Origin: Candidatus Levybacteria bacterium RIFCSPHIGHO2_01_FULL_36_15b
Lineage (GTDB): Bacteria; Patescibacteriota; Microgenomatia; Levybacterales; UBA12049
Assembly (NCBI GenBank): GCA_001782045.1
Contig: MFNK01000012.1
Span: 86,890-150,889 of the forward strand
Direction: 5' to 3'
DNA: 64,000 bases
Shown: one piece after another, positions 19,854 through 31,414 of the stretch
Layout of the letters: each line of letters starts with the position of its first letter
Position numbering within the stretch: position 1 is the first letter of the stretch
The notes under the pieces: model-generated
Databases searched by the model: none
What the model saw: only the letters and a program-made list of their open reading frames with translations
What the model was told of the DNA's origin: nothing
Program-made: the position numbers and the translations under genes

Positions 19854-19882
19854 TTGACAAAAAGTAAGCCTGCTGATAGTAT
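19854..19882 (+). promoter_or_regulatory. Sigma70-like promoter TTGACA-N17-TAGTAT placed 8 nt upstream of the GTG at 19891 (leaderless-type geometry).
   Basis: TTGACA at 19854-19859, a 17-nt spacer and TAGTAT at 19877-19882. Confidence 0.45.
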
Positions 19883-19890
19883 TCACAATT

Positions 19891-20259
19891 GTGTCTAGAC
19901 TAGAAACCTCGTTAGGAATATTTGAAGCTCATATACGTCGTGAGCATGTGGACATAGAAAGAAATGGTTCACATGAGATTACTTATTTAAAATCAGGAAT
20001 AGTAGATAGACTAAGAGAGAAAAGAAGAATAGCAGAACTAATTTCAAGTTCATCAGGTACCTTAAAAGCACCCGCTGCAGTAGCTGTTACAGCCTATGAT
20101 TCAAGTGTTGGGCTTATGAGGGGGGAAGGTAAAAGGGTTATCAGGGGATTAGTACTTGGAGTTTTGGTCGGTAAAGCTTTAGACAAAGCGGAAACAATAT
20201 TTCAAAGAGACGCTGATTTAGCTGGAATTCACCAGGAAGCTATCGAAAACGCCTCTTAG
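19891..20259 (+). CDS. Hypothetical protein (GTG start). Coding status uncertain.
   Basis: 122-aa ORF with no recognisable motif. By eye the GC content is higher than the surroundings. It is preceded by a canonical promoter. Confidence 0.25.
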   Translation: MSRLETSLGIFEAHIRREHVDIERNGSHEITYLKSGIVDRLREKRRIAELISSSSGTLKAPAAVAVTAYDSSVGLMRGEGKRVIRGLVLGVLVGKALDKAETIFQRDADLAGIHQEAIENAS

Positions 20260-20458
20260 ATTTTTTCCCTTTAATAAATACCACTTTTTCTTTAGGAAAA
20301 TTAAATTCACCATTCATTGCTTTTATAATTTCTAAAGGCGTTGCATCTCTTCTTCCTAATATATCAGGTTCTGGGCGGGGATTGAAATTTCTCAACAATG
20401 CCTCTAGTGATGCCACTAATTTAGTTTAGTAAAATAATTTATTTTATGTCAAGAGGCT

Positions 20459-22807
20459 TTATTTAAGGCCTAAATAAAAGAATTTCTGCAATGGAGATAA
20501 CGTTATTACCAATTGCAAAACTATTGTTAGAATAACAGATGCAACTAATAGCTTGTTTAGCTTAAGTATAGAATGTCCGCGAACCAAAAAGGCCAAGCTC
20601 ATATGAGAAAACACTAGCACGTTAAATATTATTGTTCTTGCAAAAATTTCAGATTTGTTTTGCAATAAAAAATAAAACAAAACCAGAAGTAGTGCAGACA
20701 GTCCGAATCCAATGGCAAGAATTAAACCAATTCTATGTGGGGTTAAAATACCTTGATTTATATCCCTGGGTCTCTCTTTAAGCACAGCAGAGCTTCTATT
20801 GTCGCTAGCTAGTGCTAAAGCAGGAAGTCCGTCTGTGACAAGATTTATCCATAAAATTTGAGTTGGAAGAAGCGGGTCGGGCAACTTAAGTAGAGCCGCA
20901 AAGAAAATCAAAGAAATTTCGGATAGGTTTCCAGACAGAAGATAAGTTATAGATTTTACAATATTTGCATAGATTGTTCTTCCTTCTAAAACTGCTCTAA
21001 TAAGCGTTGAATAATTATCATCAGACAATATTATGTCAGCAGATTCTTTAGCTACGTCTGTTCCGGATTGTCCCATTGCAATTCCAACGTCGGCTTTTTT
21101 AAGCGCAAGCGAATCATTTACACCATCTCCTGTAACTCCGACAATAAAACCTAAATTTTTATAAATAGTTGTAAGTCTTAGTTTATCTTCTGGTTTTGTT
21201 CTTGCAAAAATCCTAATATTTAAAATTATTTTTGCAAGCTCCCCATCGCTTATTTTATCTAAATCCTCTCCTGTTAAAACATCTTCATCTTTTTCTATCA
21301 GACCTATTTCTTTGGCAATAGTTAAGGCGGTAAATTCGTTGTCGCCAGTTACCATAATTGTTTTTATCCCAGCTTCTTTTGCGCTTTTTATAGCCTCAAT
21401 TGTTTCTTCTCGAGGAGGATCATATATTCCTGTAAATCCTAAAAACTTCAAATCTTTTTCAAGGGCATTTCTATTATTTAGGCTCTCGCCGCTTAGCTCT
21501 TTATAGCCAAATCCAATTACTCTAAAGCCCTTTTTTGCAAAACTCTCAATTCGTTTTTGAATATCTTCTTTATCCTTTTCGGTACTTAATTCTAAAAGAT
21601 TTTCAGGCGCACCTCTTACAAAAACATATTTTTTTCCATCCTCCTCCCAAATACTTGTTATTAGTTTTGTATTCGGGTCAAACATAAACTCATCTACTAC
21701 TTTTCCTTTACCGGTAAGTCTTTCGAAATCTTTGTATTTTTCTTTTGTCCATAAAAGAAGCGAGCCATCTGTCTTGTCTCCAACGGCTTCAAAGCCTTCG
21801 GCTTTCTGAACGATTGTTGCGCTGTTTCCTATTAAACTAGCTTTGTGGATTAACTCTAGGTTTTCTTTTTTTGAAACCCAAAAGTCTTTAACCACCATTT
21901 TATTTTGCGTCAGGGTGCCTGTTTTATCAGATAAAATTATCTGAACCGCACCCAGGGTTTCAACAGCTGACATTTTTCGAACAATTGCATTTTTCTTTGC
22001 CATCTTAGCAGTGCCAATTGCAAGGGCTATTGTAAGTACCGCAGGAAGTCCCTCTGGAATTACTGCAACGGCAGCGGAAATAGAAAGAAGAATTAAATCA
22101 AATATATTTCTTCCTTGGGTAATACCAATTGGAATTAAAAGAAGCGAAATAAATATTGCAATAATTGAAATAATTTTTCCTAAACTTGATAAGTTTTTCT
22201 GCAACGGAGTAGGTGCTGTTTCTATATTTACTAAGCTTTGGGCAATTTGGCCAAAGCGGGTTGAATGTCCCGTCTTTTCAACTAAAAAACGACCCCTGCC
22301 TCTAGAAACAATAGTTCCTCCAAAGATCTCGTCGTTTAATGCTTTTATTACAGGTAGGGATTCTCCTGTTAAAACAGATTCATCAATTTCCAGATGTCTG
22401 CTAAAAATAAGTTTTCCATCCGCTGGAATACTTTCCCCCTCATTTAATAAAATAATATCTCCAGGTACAATTTGTGACGTTTCAATTTCTTGTCTTTTTC
22501 CGTCTCTTATTACAACACATTTGTTTTTTATGTAGCTTTTTAATTTTTCTAATGATTTTTCTGCATTATATTCCTGAAAAAACCCGAATACTGCGCTCAA
22601 AATCAGTATTGCAAGAATAAAACTTGCATCTACAATATTTCCTATTAAAAAAGAAAAAGCTGCGCCCGTAAAAAGAATTGCGTTTAAAAGAGTTTTAAAT
22701 TGGGAAAGAAAAGCGGAAATTATGCTGTAGCGTCTTTCAACTTTTATTTCATTTTTCCCATACTGCAATAGAAGTTCCGCTGCTTTTTTGGAGGATAATC
22801 CCTGCAT
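20459..22807 (-). CDS. Cation-transporting P-type ATPase (P2-type, Ca2+/Mg2+-like).
   Basis: DKTGTLT phosphorylation motif, TGDN, GDGVNDSLALKKADVGIAMG and 8-10 TM helices. Confidence 0.85.
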   Translation of the reverse strand: MQGLSSKKAAELLLQYGKNEIKVERRYSIISAFLSQFKTLLNAILFTGAAFSFLIGNIVDASFILAILILSAVFGFFQEYNAEKSLEKLKSYIKNKCVVIRDGKRQEIETSQIVPGDIILLNEGESIPADGKLIFSRHLEIDESVLTGESLPVIKALNDEIFGGTIVSRGRGRFLVEKTGHSTRFGQIAQSLVNIETAPTPLQKNLSSLGKIISIIAIFISLLLIPIGITQGRNIFDLILLSISAAVAVIPEGLPAVLTIALAIGTAKMAKKNAIVRKMSAVETLGAVQIILSDKTGTLTQNKMVVKDFWVSKKENLELIHKASLIGNSATIVQKAEGFEAVGDKTDGSLLLWTKEKYKDFERLTGKGKVVDEFMFDPNTKLITSIWEEDGKKYVFVRGAPENLLELSTEKDKEDIQKRIESFAKKGFRVIGFGYKELSGESLNNRNALEKDLKFLGFTGIYDPPREETIEAIKSAKEAGIKTIMVTGDNEFTALTIAKEIGLIEKDEDVLTGEDLDKISDGELAKIILNIRIFARTKPEDKLRLTTIYKNLGFIVGVTGDGVNDSLALKKADVGIAMGQSGTDVAKESADIILSDDNYSTLIRAVLEGRTIYANIVKSITYLLSGNLSEISLIFFAALLKLPDPLLPTQILWINLVTDGLPALALASDNRSSAVLKERPRDINQGILTPHRIGLILAIGFGLSALLLVLFYFLLQNKSEIFARTIIFNVLVFSHMSLAFLVRGHSILKLNKLLVASVILTIVLQLVITLSPLQKFFYLGLK

Positions 22808-22825
22808 TATTCTATTCTAGCGAAG

Positions 22826-24358
22826 TTAGTACTGATAATCTAGTTTGGGACGATACTGCAGTGCTTCTGCAATATGAGATGCTTTAATATCTTTTGTGCC
22901 CTCAAGATCAGCAATAGTTCGCGCAAGCTTAATTACCCTTTGATAGCTTCTTGCGGAAAGCTGCATTTTGGAAACAGCTAGTTTTAAAAGCTCTAAGCAA
23001 TCTTCAGATAGCTGGCAATATTTTTTAATGTCTTTATTTATCATCTCTGCATTTGAAGAAATTTTAGTTCCCTTAAATCTCTTTGTTTGTAAGTCTCTTG
23101 CTTTTTGAACTCTTTTCCTAATAGCATAGGAGTCTTCATTTTTGGTTTTTTGAGCACTCGTTAACTTTTCTACTTTTACAGCAGGAACGTCCAAATGAAT
23201 GTCAATTCTATCTAGCATTGGGCCCGAAACTTTTTTCTGGTAGCGCAAAATCTGAGCAGGAGCGCAAGTACAATTCCGGCTTTTATCACCAAAAAATCCG
23301 CATGGGCATGGGTTTTGAGCAGCAAACAGCAAAAACTTAGAAGGAAAAGTTAGTCTTTTAGAAGCCCTAGAAATAGTTACAAAACCATCTTCTAGGGGTT
23401 GTCTTAATGCTTCTAAAACATGTCTTGGAAATTCCGGAAATTCATCCAAAAATAAAACTCCCCGATGAGCAAGCGATACTTCCCCGGGTTTAGGGTTGGC
23501 GCTTCCTCCAATAAGTCCTATATGTGAAGTTGTGTGGTGCGGGCTTCTAAACGGCCTTTTAGTAATTATTGGATTTCCGTCCAAAAGCCCAGAGATGCTA
23601 TATATTTTGGTAACCTCTAAGGCTTCATCCAGGGTAAGTTTAGGTAGAATTGACGGGAGAGTTCTTGCGAGTAAGGTTTTTCCGGCCCCTGGTGGACCTT
23701 TTAAAATAATATTGTGTCCGCCAGCTGCTGCTATTTCCACAGCTCTTTTTGCCTGTTCTTGTCCCGCAACGTCGCTCATATCAAAGTCAAAACTTACTGT
23801 ATTTTCGAATCTGTCTAAACTTATATATTTTGCGGGGTTGATTTTCTCTTCTCCAGCCAAGTGTTTTACGAGAGAAACCAAAGACTCAACAGGATAGACT
23901 TCTATATTCTTAACTATTGATGCTTCTTGTGAATTTATTTTCGGTAAAAATATTTGGCTTATTTTTTTATCCTTTGCCATTAAAACTTGTGGCAAGACGC
24001 CATTTGTGTAACGCAATTTCCCATCTAAAGAAAGCTCTCCGGTAAAAAACAGATTATCTATTTTTACCTCAATTTGGCCATCCGCTAGCAAGAGCCCAAT
24101 GGCAATTGGTAGATCATAAGATGATCCTTCTTTAGGTAAATCAGCTGGAGCCAAATTTACTGTTATTCTTTTTGCAGGAAAATCAAACCCGGAATTTTTT
24201 ACAGCAGATCTTACCCTTTCTCTTGCTTCCTCAACTGCCTTATCCGGAAGCCCGACAATTGTAAAAGAGGGAAGCCCTTGTCCTTGAACGTCAACCTCTA
24301 TTTCTATCGGAATAGCATCGAGTCCTAAAACCGCAGCAGAAGTAACTTTTGCGATCAT
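22826..24358 (-). CDS. comM: Mg-chelatase-like AAA+ ATPase YifB/ComM.
   Basis: N-terminal Lon-like domain, Walker A GPPGAGKTLLA, Walker B LFLDEFPEF and the family-typical C-terminal Cys-rich region. Confidence 0.85.
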   Translation of the reverse strand: MIAKVTSAAVLGLDAIPIEIEVDVQGQGLPSFTIVGLPDKAVEEARERVRSAVKNSGFDFPAKRITVNLAPADLPKEGSSYDLPIAIGLLLADGQIEVKIDNLFFTGELSLDGKLRYTNGVLPQVLMAKDKKISQIFLPKINSQEASIVKNIEVYPVESLVSLVKHLAGEEKINPAKYISLDRFENTVSFDFDMSDVAGQEQAKRAVEIAAAGGHNIILKGPPGAGKTLLARTLPSILPKLTLDEALEVTKIYSISGLLDGNPIITKRPFRSPHHTTSHIGLIGGSANPKPGEVSLAHRGVLFLDEFPEFPRHVLEALRQPLEDGFVTISRASKRLTFPSKFLLFAAQNPCPCGFFGDKSRNCTCAPAQILRYQKKVSGPMLDRIDIHLDVPAVKVEKLTSAQKTKNEDSYAIRKRVQKARDLQTKRFKGTKISSNAEMINKDIKKYCQLSEDCLELLKLAVSKMQLSARSYQRVIKLARTIADLEGTKDIKASHIAEALQYRPKLDYQY

Positions 24359-24389
24359 AAGAGTAGACTAACAAAAAAGAAGCAACGGT

Positions 24390-25679
<1,290 letters not shown>

Positions 25680-25705
25680 TTAAATTGTGCTAGAATAGAG
25701 CCCAA

Positions 25706-27469
25706 ATGGATGACGTATCAAGAGTTAGAGAAAAAATAGATTTAGTCTCCTTTATTTCGGAATTTATAACTCTAAAAAAAGCAGGAAGAAATTTTAGGGC
25801 ACTTTGTCCCTTCCACAACGAGAAAAGCCCTTCATTTATGGTTTCTCCCGAGCGGCAAATTTGGCACTGTTTTGGATGCGGCAAGGGCGGGGATTCTTTT
25901 ACGTTTTTAATGGAATATGAAAACATGGAATTTCCGGAAGCCTTGCGAACTTTGGCAAAAAAAGCAGGCATTGAGCTTAAAGAATCAGACTTTAGAAAAA
26001 CACAAACCTCCGAAAAGGAGAAGATATTTGAAATTAACAAACTAGCTTTAAAATATTATAAGTATTTACTTTTAGAGCATAAAATAGGGAAAAACGCCCT
26101 TGAATATTTGACAAAAAAAAGAGGCTTAAACAAGGGTATTATCGATACGTTTGAAATTGGATTTGCACCGGCATCTGCGTCTTCTCTTTCAGGGTATTTA
26201 ATAAACAAAAAAAAATATAAATCAAAAGATCTTTTTTTAGCAGGAATATCATTCGAAAGAGGAGGCAAAGCTTTTGATTTTTTCAGAGGCAGAATTATTT
26301 TCCCTCTTTATGATCACAGAGGAAATGTTTTAGGCTTTTCTGGCAGAGCCCTAAACGAGAGCGATATGCCAAAGTATATTAATACTAGGGAAACTCTTGT
26401 TTATCACAAAGGTAGCGTGTTTTTTGGCCTGAATTTGGCAAAAGAAGATATAAAGCAAAAGCAAAATGCAATCTTAGTAGAAGGGGAGTTTGATATGATT
26501 TCTCTTTTTACCCAAGGCTTTAAAAATGTTGTTGCCATAAAGGGAACTGCCTTAACGGAAGATCAGGTAGCATTAATTTCCCGCTTTACTCCCAAATTAA
26601 CATTCTGTTTTGATCAAGATAGCGCTGGATTTGAGGCAACAAAGCGAAGCCTTGCAATTATAGAACAAAGAGGGCTTCCTGCAAATATTATAGATTTAAA
26701 AGACGCAAAAGATCCGGACGAGGCAATAAGAAAAAATCCTCTCGAATTTAAAAAAGAACTAAATAATGCTCCAAATGTTTATGACTATTTTATAGATTAT
26801 TATCTTTTAAACAATCCAAAAGAAAAAGCGGAAGGAAAAAGAAAAATAACAGAAGAAATACTTCCTATTATTTCAAGAATATCCAACGAAATTATTAAAG
26901 AACATTATCTTAAAAAACTTGCCATTCAGCTTGATACATCAGTAGATTCTATAAATAAAGAAGTCGAAAAAATACAAACCAAAAAGGAGGAAGACAAGAT
27001 TATAGTAGCTCAAAACAAAAGCAGGGACAGACGCGAACTTTTAGAGGAATATGTCCTTGCCCTGGCTTTACAAAGCGAGAAAATAAGCGAAGTTTTAGAA
27101 GAAAACAAAGAAGAATTAGAAAAATATGTCTTTAAAACACCCTCCTATCAAAAAATCCTAGATTTGCTTTCCGAGTTTTACGTAAAAAATAAAAACGAAA
27201 CTATTAAGCAATTTTCAAATTATTTACCAAAAGAACTCTTAAAATCATTTGATTTTTTATACCTTTATCCGGTGCCAAAGTTTGCCACAGAAGAAAAGTA
27301 TAGAGCTGAAATAAAAAAAGTAAGCAAAGAATTATTAGCAATTTATTTAAAAGAAAGATTAAGAGAGGTAACGGATAAAATAAAAAATACAAAAAAAATC
27401 GAGGATAAAAACAGTTTGCAGAAAGAATATGCTCAAATCCTGTCCCTCATTAGGCAAACGCGAGTTTAA
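25706..27469 (+). CDS. dnaG: DNA primase.
   Basis: Zinc ribbon CPFHNEKSPSFMVSPERQIWHCFGCGKGGD and TOPRIM EGEFDMISL. Classic dnaG-rpoD pairing. Confidence 0.9.
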   Translation: MDDVSRVREKIDLVSFISEFITLKKAGRNFRALCPFHNEKSPSFMVSPERQIWHCFGCGKGGDSFTFLMEYENMEFPEALRTLAKKAGIELKESDFRKTQTSEKEKIFEINKLALKYYKYLLLEHKIGKNALEYLTKKRGLNKGIIDTFEIGFAPASASSLSGYLINKKKYKSKDLFLAGISFERGGKAFDFFRGRIIFPLYDHRGNVLGFSGRALNESDMPKYINTRETLVYHKGSVFFGLNLAKEDIKQKQNAILVEGEFDMISLFTQGFKNVVAIKGTALTEDQVALISRFTPKLTFCFDQDSAGFEATKRSLAIIEQRGLPANIIDLKDAKDPDEAIRKNPLEFKKELNNAPNVYDYFIDYYLLNNPKEKAEGKRKITEEILPIISRISNEIIKEHYLKKLAIQLDTSVDSINKEVEKIQTKKEEDKIIVAQNKSRDRRELLEEYVLALALQSEKISEVLEENKEELEKYVFKTPSYQKILDLLSEFYVKNKNETIKQFSNYLPKELLKSFDFLYLYPVPKFATEEKYRAEIKKVSKELLAIYLKERLREVTDKIKNTKKIEDKNSLQKEYAQILSLIRQTRV

Positions 27470-27505
27470 TTTGTAACACAAAGATGCTAAAATAGATATA
27501 CTTTT

Positions 27506-28582
27506 ATGAAGCAACCCGACTTAATTTCAGATATAGTTTCTAGTGCAAAAAAGAGGGGATATATCACTCAGGAAGAAATATTGTCCCTTTATCCCAAGCC
27601 CGAACAGCACATAGATGAACTTGATAAGCTTTATAACAAGCTAATAAGGTCTGATATTGATGTTTTTGAATCCGTAGCCGCAGAAGCAGATGAAGAAAAA
27701 CCGATAGAGGATTTGGAAAAAGAGCTGGAGGCACTTACTGTATTAACGGAAGGAACAGTTTCCGACCCTGTAAGGATGTATCTTAAAGAAATTGGAAGAA
27801 TTCCTCTTTTAACATTTGATCAGGAAATTTCCCTTGCTAAAAAAGTAGAAAAATCAGATAAAAAAGCAAAGCAAATGCTAATAAACTCAAATTTAAGACT
27901 GGTGGTTTCAATTGCAAAAAAATATGTAGGAAGAGGGCTAACGTTACTCGATTTAATTCAGGAAGGAAACCAGGGATTAATTAGAGCAGTAGAAAAATAT
28001 GACTGGAGAAGGGGCTTTAAGTTTTCAACTTACGCAACGTGGTGGATAAGACAATCAATAACCAGAGCTATTGCAGACCAGGCAAGAACTATAAGAATTC
28101 CGGTCCATATGGTCGAGAATATAAATAGATTTTTGCGAGCTTCAAGAAAATTAATGCAAGAGTTGGGAAGAGAACCAACGCCAGAAGAGGTTGCAAAAAC
28201 ACTAGGGATTGAGCCTGATAAAGCTTTAGAAATAATAAAAATATCTCAGGAGCCAGCAAGTTTGGAATCGCCTGTTGGAGATGAGGAAGATAGTAAATTA
28301 GGCGATTTTATTCATGATACATCCGCTCCCACCCTTTTTGATACTGCTTCACGCGAGCTACTCAAAGAACAAATAGAGCAAGTATTGTCTACTCTTTCCG
28401 ATAGGGAAAAAAGAGTTTTGGAAGAAAGGTTTGGTTTAAAAGACGGCCGACCAAAAACACTTGAAGAAGTAGGGAAAATGTTTGCAGTAACAAGAGAGCG
28501 AATAAGGCAAATTGAGGCAAAGGCGTTGCGAAAGCTTCGACACCCTTCCCGAGGAAATAAATTGAAAGACTACCTAGCTTAG
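27506..28582 (+). CDS. rpoD: RNA polymerase sigma factor RpoD (sigma-70, group 1, without the region 1.1 expansion).
   Basis: Region 2 [18 protein letters not shown]...[14 protein letters not shown] and region 4 [29 protein letters not shown]. Confidence 0.95.
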   Translation: MKQPDLISDIVSSAKKRGYITQEEILSLYPKPEQHIDELDKLYNKLIRSDIDVFESVAAEADEEKPIEDLEKELEALTVLTEGTVSDPVRMYLKEIGRIPLLTFDQEISLAKKVEKSDKKAKQMLINSNLRLVVSIAKKYVGRGLTLLDLIQEGNQGLIRAVEKYDWRRGFKFSTYATWWIRQSITRAIADQARTIRIPVHMVENINRFLRASRKLMQELGREPTPEEVAKTLGIEPDKALEIIKISQEPASLESPVGDEEDSKLGDFIHDTSAPTLFDTASRELLKEQIEQVLSTLSDREKRVLEERFGLKDGRPKTLEEVGKMFAVTRERIRQIEAKALRKLRHPSRGNKLKDYLA

Positions 28583-28776
28583 GATGGTTTATTTATTGTT
28601 TCTCTAGCTTCCAAATCTTTCGATGGATAACGCTGGACAGTTATTGGAAAATCTTCGGAATGCAAATTACTGGATGGTTCAAATAAGGCATCGAACGCTT
28701 CTCCGAAACTTTCTGCTTCTTGTCTAAATGAGGCAATTGCGGGATCTTGGGGGCGCTTTTCAGATTCCAAAGCCAT
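28579..28776 (-). CDS. Small hypothetical ORF (65 aa) between rpoD and the IMPDH-like gene. Coding status uncertain.
   Basis: ORF only, with no motif support. Confidence 0.2.
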   Translation of the reverse strand: MALESEKRPQDPAIASFRQEAESFGEAFDALFEPSSNLHSEDFPITVQRYPSKDLEARETINKPS

Positions 28777-28807
28777 GAACTATTGTTGTCAAAAAAGCTG
28801 ATTATTG

Positions 28808-30421
28808 TCAAGAGAGAGTATTGCCATATGCTGTTCTTTGAGCATTTGAAGCCTCTGTTACCTCACGAATGTAATTGCACGGTTTGTTGTGCAGCTCAGC
28901 AATACTGGGTTCTCTCCTAAAAACTAGACCATTAGACGTGGCGTCTCTTAATCTTTTAATGTTCCCAGTCATAGAAATATTTCTTAAAGTATAACGCTCT
29001 TTTCTCTTTCTTACCCTTTGAACTCCCGTTTCTCCCTCCACAAATTTTGGTCTCCCTATATCATCCATAGAATCTTTCCACCATTTTGCAGAAACCGAGG
29101 CTTCGCCTCCATAAGACATATAATATTTTCCTTCTTCATCCTCAAATATATATTTACCTCCGGCTCCTTCCCAAGACACTCCAATTTCCCCGGGCTTTGA
29201 AAGAAAAGAGGCTCCTAGTGCAAAGGCAGTTATTAAATGGGTTCCGACTCCTCCTCCTTCTATTCCAATTGGAATTTTTATTTTTCCGCGCATTTTATGT
29301 AATAGTGTAGCTGTATTTATTGCAAGATCTGCGTCTATTGCAGTTGTGCACTGTTTGCCTCCTGCTACTCCCAGGAATAAAGCATCGGCTCCTGCTTTTT
29401 GCGCTTTAAGCCCCGTTTGTAAATCCATAATTTGTCCTGCAACTATTTTTAAATCATGGTTCCCGTTATATTTTTCTCTAATTTTCTTTATAGTTTCGAT
29501 TATTTCCATTCCACCTTCCGGAGAATAAATTCTAAATAAACGTACACCTTTTTCATATAGAGCCGTAACTCTTGCAAGCGCCCTACCAGGCTCTGCCTCA
29601 ATTGCGGCACCTACATTATTGACCCAAGATTGTCGTAATTCCTTATAATAAAGCTTCGTTAAATACTTTTTATTTTTTGCTATCAATCCTTTTATCTCTG
29701 CAAATTCTTTTAGCTGCTCTTCGTTTGGTTTTAGTTCTTTGGGAAGCGGCATTTTAGTAAGAGTATTTATTACATCTTCGGCAAGTTGTGCTTGCTCGCC
29801 AATATCTGAAAGTAGCTTATCTCTACTCATAAACACCATTCCCCCGGCTTGCGCCATTGTCACATAGGCTAAATGACTTCCCACATCAGGAACTGATCCG
29901 AGTGCTAAAGGAATTCTGGCTTGCCCCATTATATTAACTTCAATATGAGTATCAATGTCGGTTCTACTTTGCCTTTCTTCCTTTGGGGTGGGTGCAACAA
30001 CCCCAAGATTATCAAAAGCTACATTTTTGCCTTCTTTTGCCAAGCGTTTCATAACTTTTGATTTTCCTTTAACAGGTTTTTTAAAGCCTTCTTTTGCAAG
30101 TTTTAGTTTAAAAAGAAATCTATCGGGCTTGTTCCATCGAATTAAATCATATGATCGTTCTTTCTTTAATTCTTCTACCATTTCTTTAGGAATTTCGACA
30201 AGTTTGGTTCCTTCAAGTCGAGGAATGTCGTATGGACTAAGTCTAGGAATTATTCCAACTCTATAATTGTCTTTAGTAAGATCATCGGCCAATTTGAGGT
30301 CTCCTGGGGCAAAGTTATCCAGTAATAACTGCGAACTTTCTTCTATCTTTTGGTCTAAACCGACTTTTTCTCTTGGTTTGGGATAATCTACAAGATATGA
30401 AACAGGTCTTTCTGCCTTCAT
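28808..30421 (-). CDS. IMP dehydrogenase/GMP reductase-family TIM-barrel protein with a ~135-aa N-terminal extension and no CBS pair.
   Basis: NIMGQARIPLALGSVPDVGSHLAYVTMAQAGG aligns with IMPDH LNIPLVSAAMDTVTE..MAIAMAQEGG. The catalytic-loop Cys is in GVAGGKQCTTAI (compare GIGPGSICTTR). The C-terminal WEGAGGKYIFEDEEGKYYMSYGGEAS resembles the IMPDH flap and end. Only a short linker replaces the CBS domains. Confidence 0.6.
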   Translation of the reverse strand: MKAERPVSYLVDYPKPREKVGLDQKIEESSQLLLDNFAPGDLKLADDLTKDNYRVGIIPRLSPYDIPRLEGTKLVEIPKEMVEELKKERSYDLIRWNKPDRFLFKLKLAKEGFKKPVKGKSKVMKRLAKEGKNVAFDNLGVVAPTPKEERQSRTDIDTHIEVNIMGQARIPLALGSVPDVGSHLAYVTMAQAGGMVFMSRDKLLSDIGEQAQLAEDVINTLTKMPLPKELKPNEEQLKEFAEIKGLIAKNKKYLTKLYYKELRQSWVNNVGAAIEAEPGRALARVTALYEKGVRLFRIYSPEGGMEIIETIKKIREKYNGNHDLKIVAGQIMDLQTGLKAQKAGADALFLGVAGGKQCTTAIDADLAINTATLLHKMRGKIKIPIGIEGGGVGTHLITAFALGASFLSKPGEIGVSWEGAGGKYIFEDEEGKYYMSYGGEASVSAKWWKDSMDDIGRPKFVEGETGVQRVRKRKERYTLRNISMTGNIKRLRDATSNGLVFRREPSIAELHNKPCNYIREVTEASNAQRTAYGNTLS

Positions 30422-30463
30422 TACCGAGCTATTCTACAACATTTACTCAAGAAGTTAAAGGAG

Positions 30464-30901
30464 TTACCGTCTAGATAAAAATCTTTTAATCCACTTGTGG
30501 TCGTGGATCTCACTTATTACAAAAATAAGGCTAAATATTGCAAAAGTATAAATAATTGCATCTATACTTATTCTCCCCAAGTCGTCCCAGTATAAATCCT
30601 CAAGATATAGCCAAAGAGCAAACTCATCTATCGTTAAAGCTGCTCCAATTCCAAATAAAATTGCCATAATGTGTCTGACTCTATCCGTCGCCCAAAAAGA
30701 AATTCCAATGTAGCCGCAAATTAAAAGCAGTAAAATTCCCGGAACCAAATGGTGTACATGAAACGGACCGGTCTGATTTCCAAGAATTTCCAATTTTTGC
30801 AAAATCGTAATTGTTCTAACAATTGCAAAAGTTATTATAAAACTAACCAGAATCAAAATTTGGGAAAGTCTTCTACTTCTGAAGATTTTTTTAAGCATCA
30901 A
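30464..30901 (-). CDS. Hypothetical polytopic membrane protein (4 TM).
   Basis: Hydrophobicity pattern only. Confidence 0.4.
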   Translation of the reverse strand: MMLKKIFRSRRLSQILILVSFIITFAIVRTITILQKLEILGNQTGPFHVHHLVPGILLLLICGYIGISFWATDRVRHIMAILFGIGAALTIDEFALWLYLEDLYWDDLGRISIDAIIYTFAIFSLIFVISEIHDHKWIKRFLSRR

Positions 30902-30951
30902 TTAATTATTGCATTTTTTATAATTTTTTGACATAAGGGTTATAATAGGGT

Positions 30952-31410
30952 ATGAAAGTAAAAAATGCTTTCAGCAAAAGGGTTGGCTACATTAAGTCTC
31001 AATCTACATTGTTAGACGCTGCAAAATTCATTTTCGGCCACAATCACAAGGGAATCCCAGTTGTAAATGAATCAAAAAAAGTTATAGGTTTTATTACCGA
31101 GCAGGATATTATGTCCAGAATGTTTCCAAACGTTTCAGAGTTTATGGAAGATTATATACATGAAAGAGATTTCGAGGCTATGGAAGGTAATTTAAAAAAT
31201 ATTCTTACACAAAAAGTTAAAAATGTCATGAGTAAAAAAGTAATAACAATTCACGTTGAAGATCCGCTTCTTAAAGCAGAGTCTATAATGAAATTGCATG
31301 ATATCTCAAGACTTCCGGTGGTTGACAATAAAGGAACTCTTTTAGGAATTATTTCAAAAGGAGATATATTCAGACATCTTGTAAGTAGAAAAATAAGGGG
31401 CTTCAAATAA
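30952..31410 (+). CDS. CBS-pair domain protein.
   Basis: Two CBS-like repeats (GIPVVNESKKVIGFITEQDI and RLPVVDNKGTLLGIISKGDI). TATAAT lies 7 nt upstream of the ATG. Confidence 0.7.
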   Translation: MKVKNAFSKRVGYIKSQSTLLDAAKFIFGHNHKGIPVVNESKKVIGFITEQDIMSRMFPNVSEFMEDYIHERDFEAMEGNLKNILTQKVKNVMSKKVITIHVEDPLLKAESIMKLHDISRLPVVDNKGTLLGIISKGDIFRHLVSRKIRGFK

Positions 31411-31414
31411 GTGT

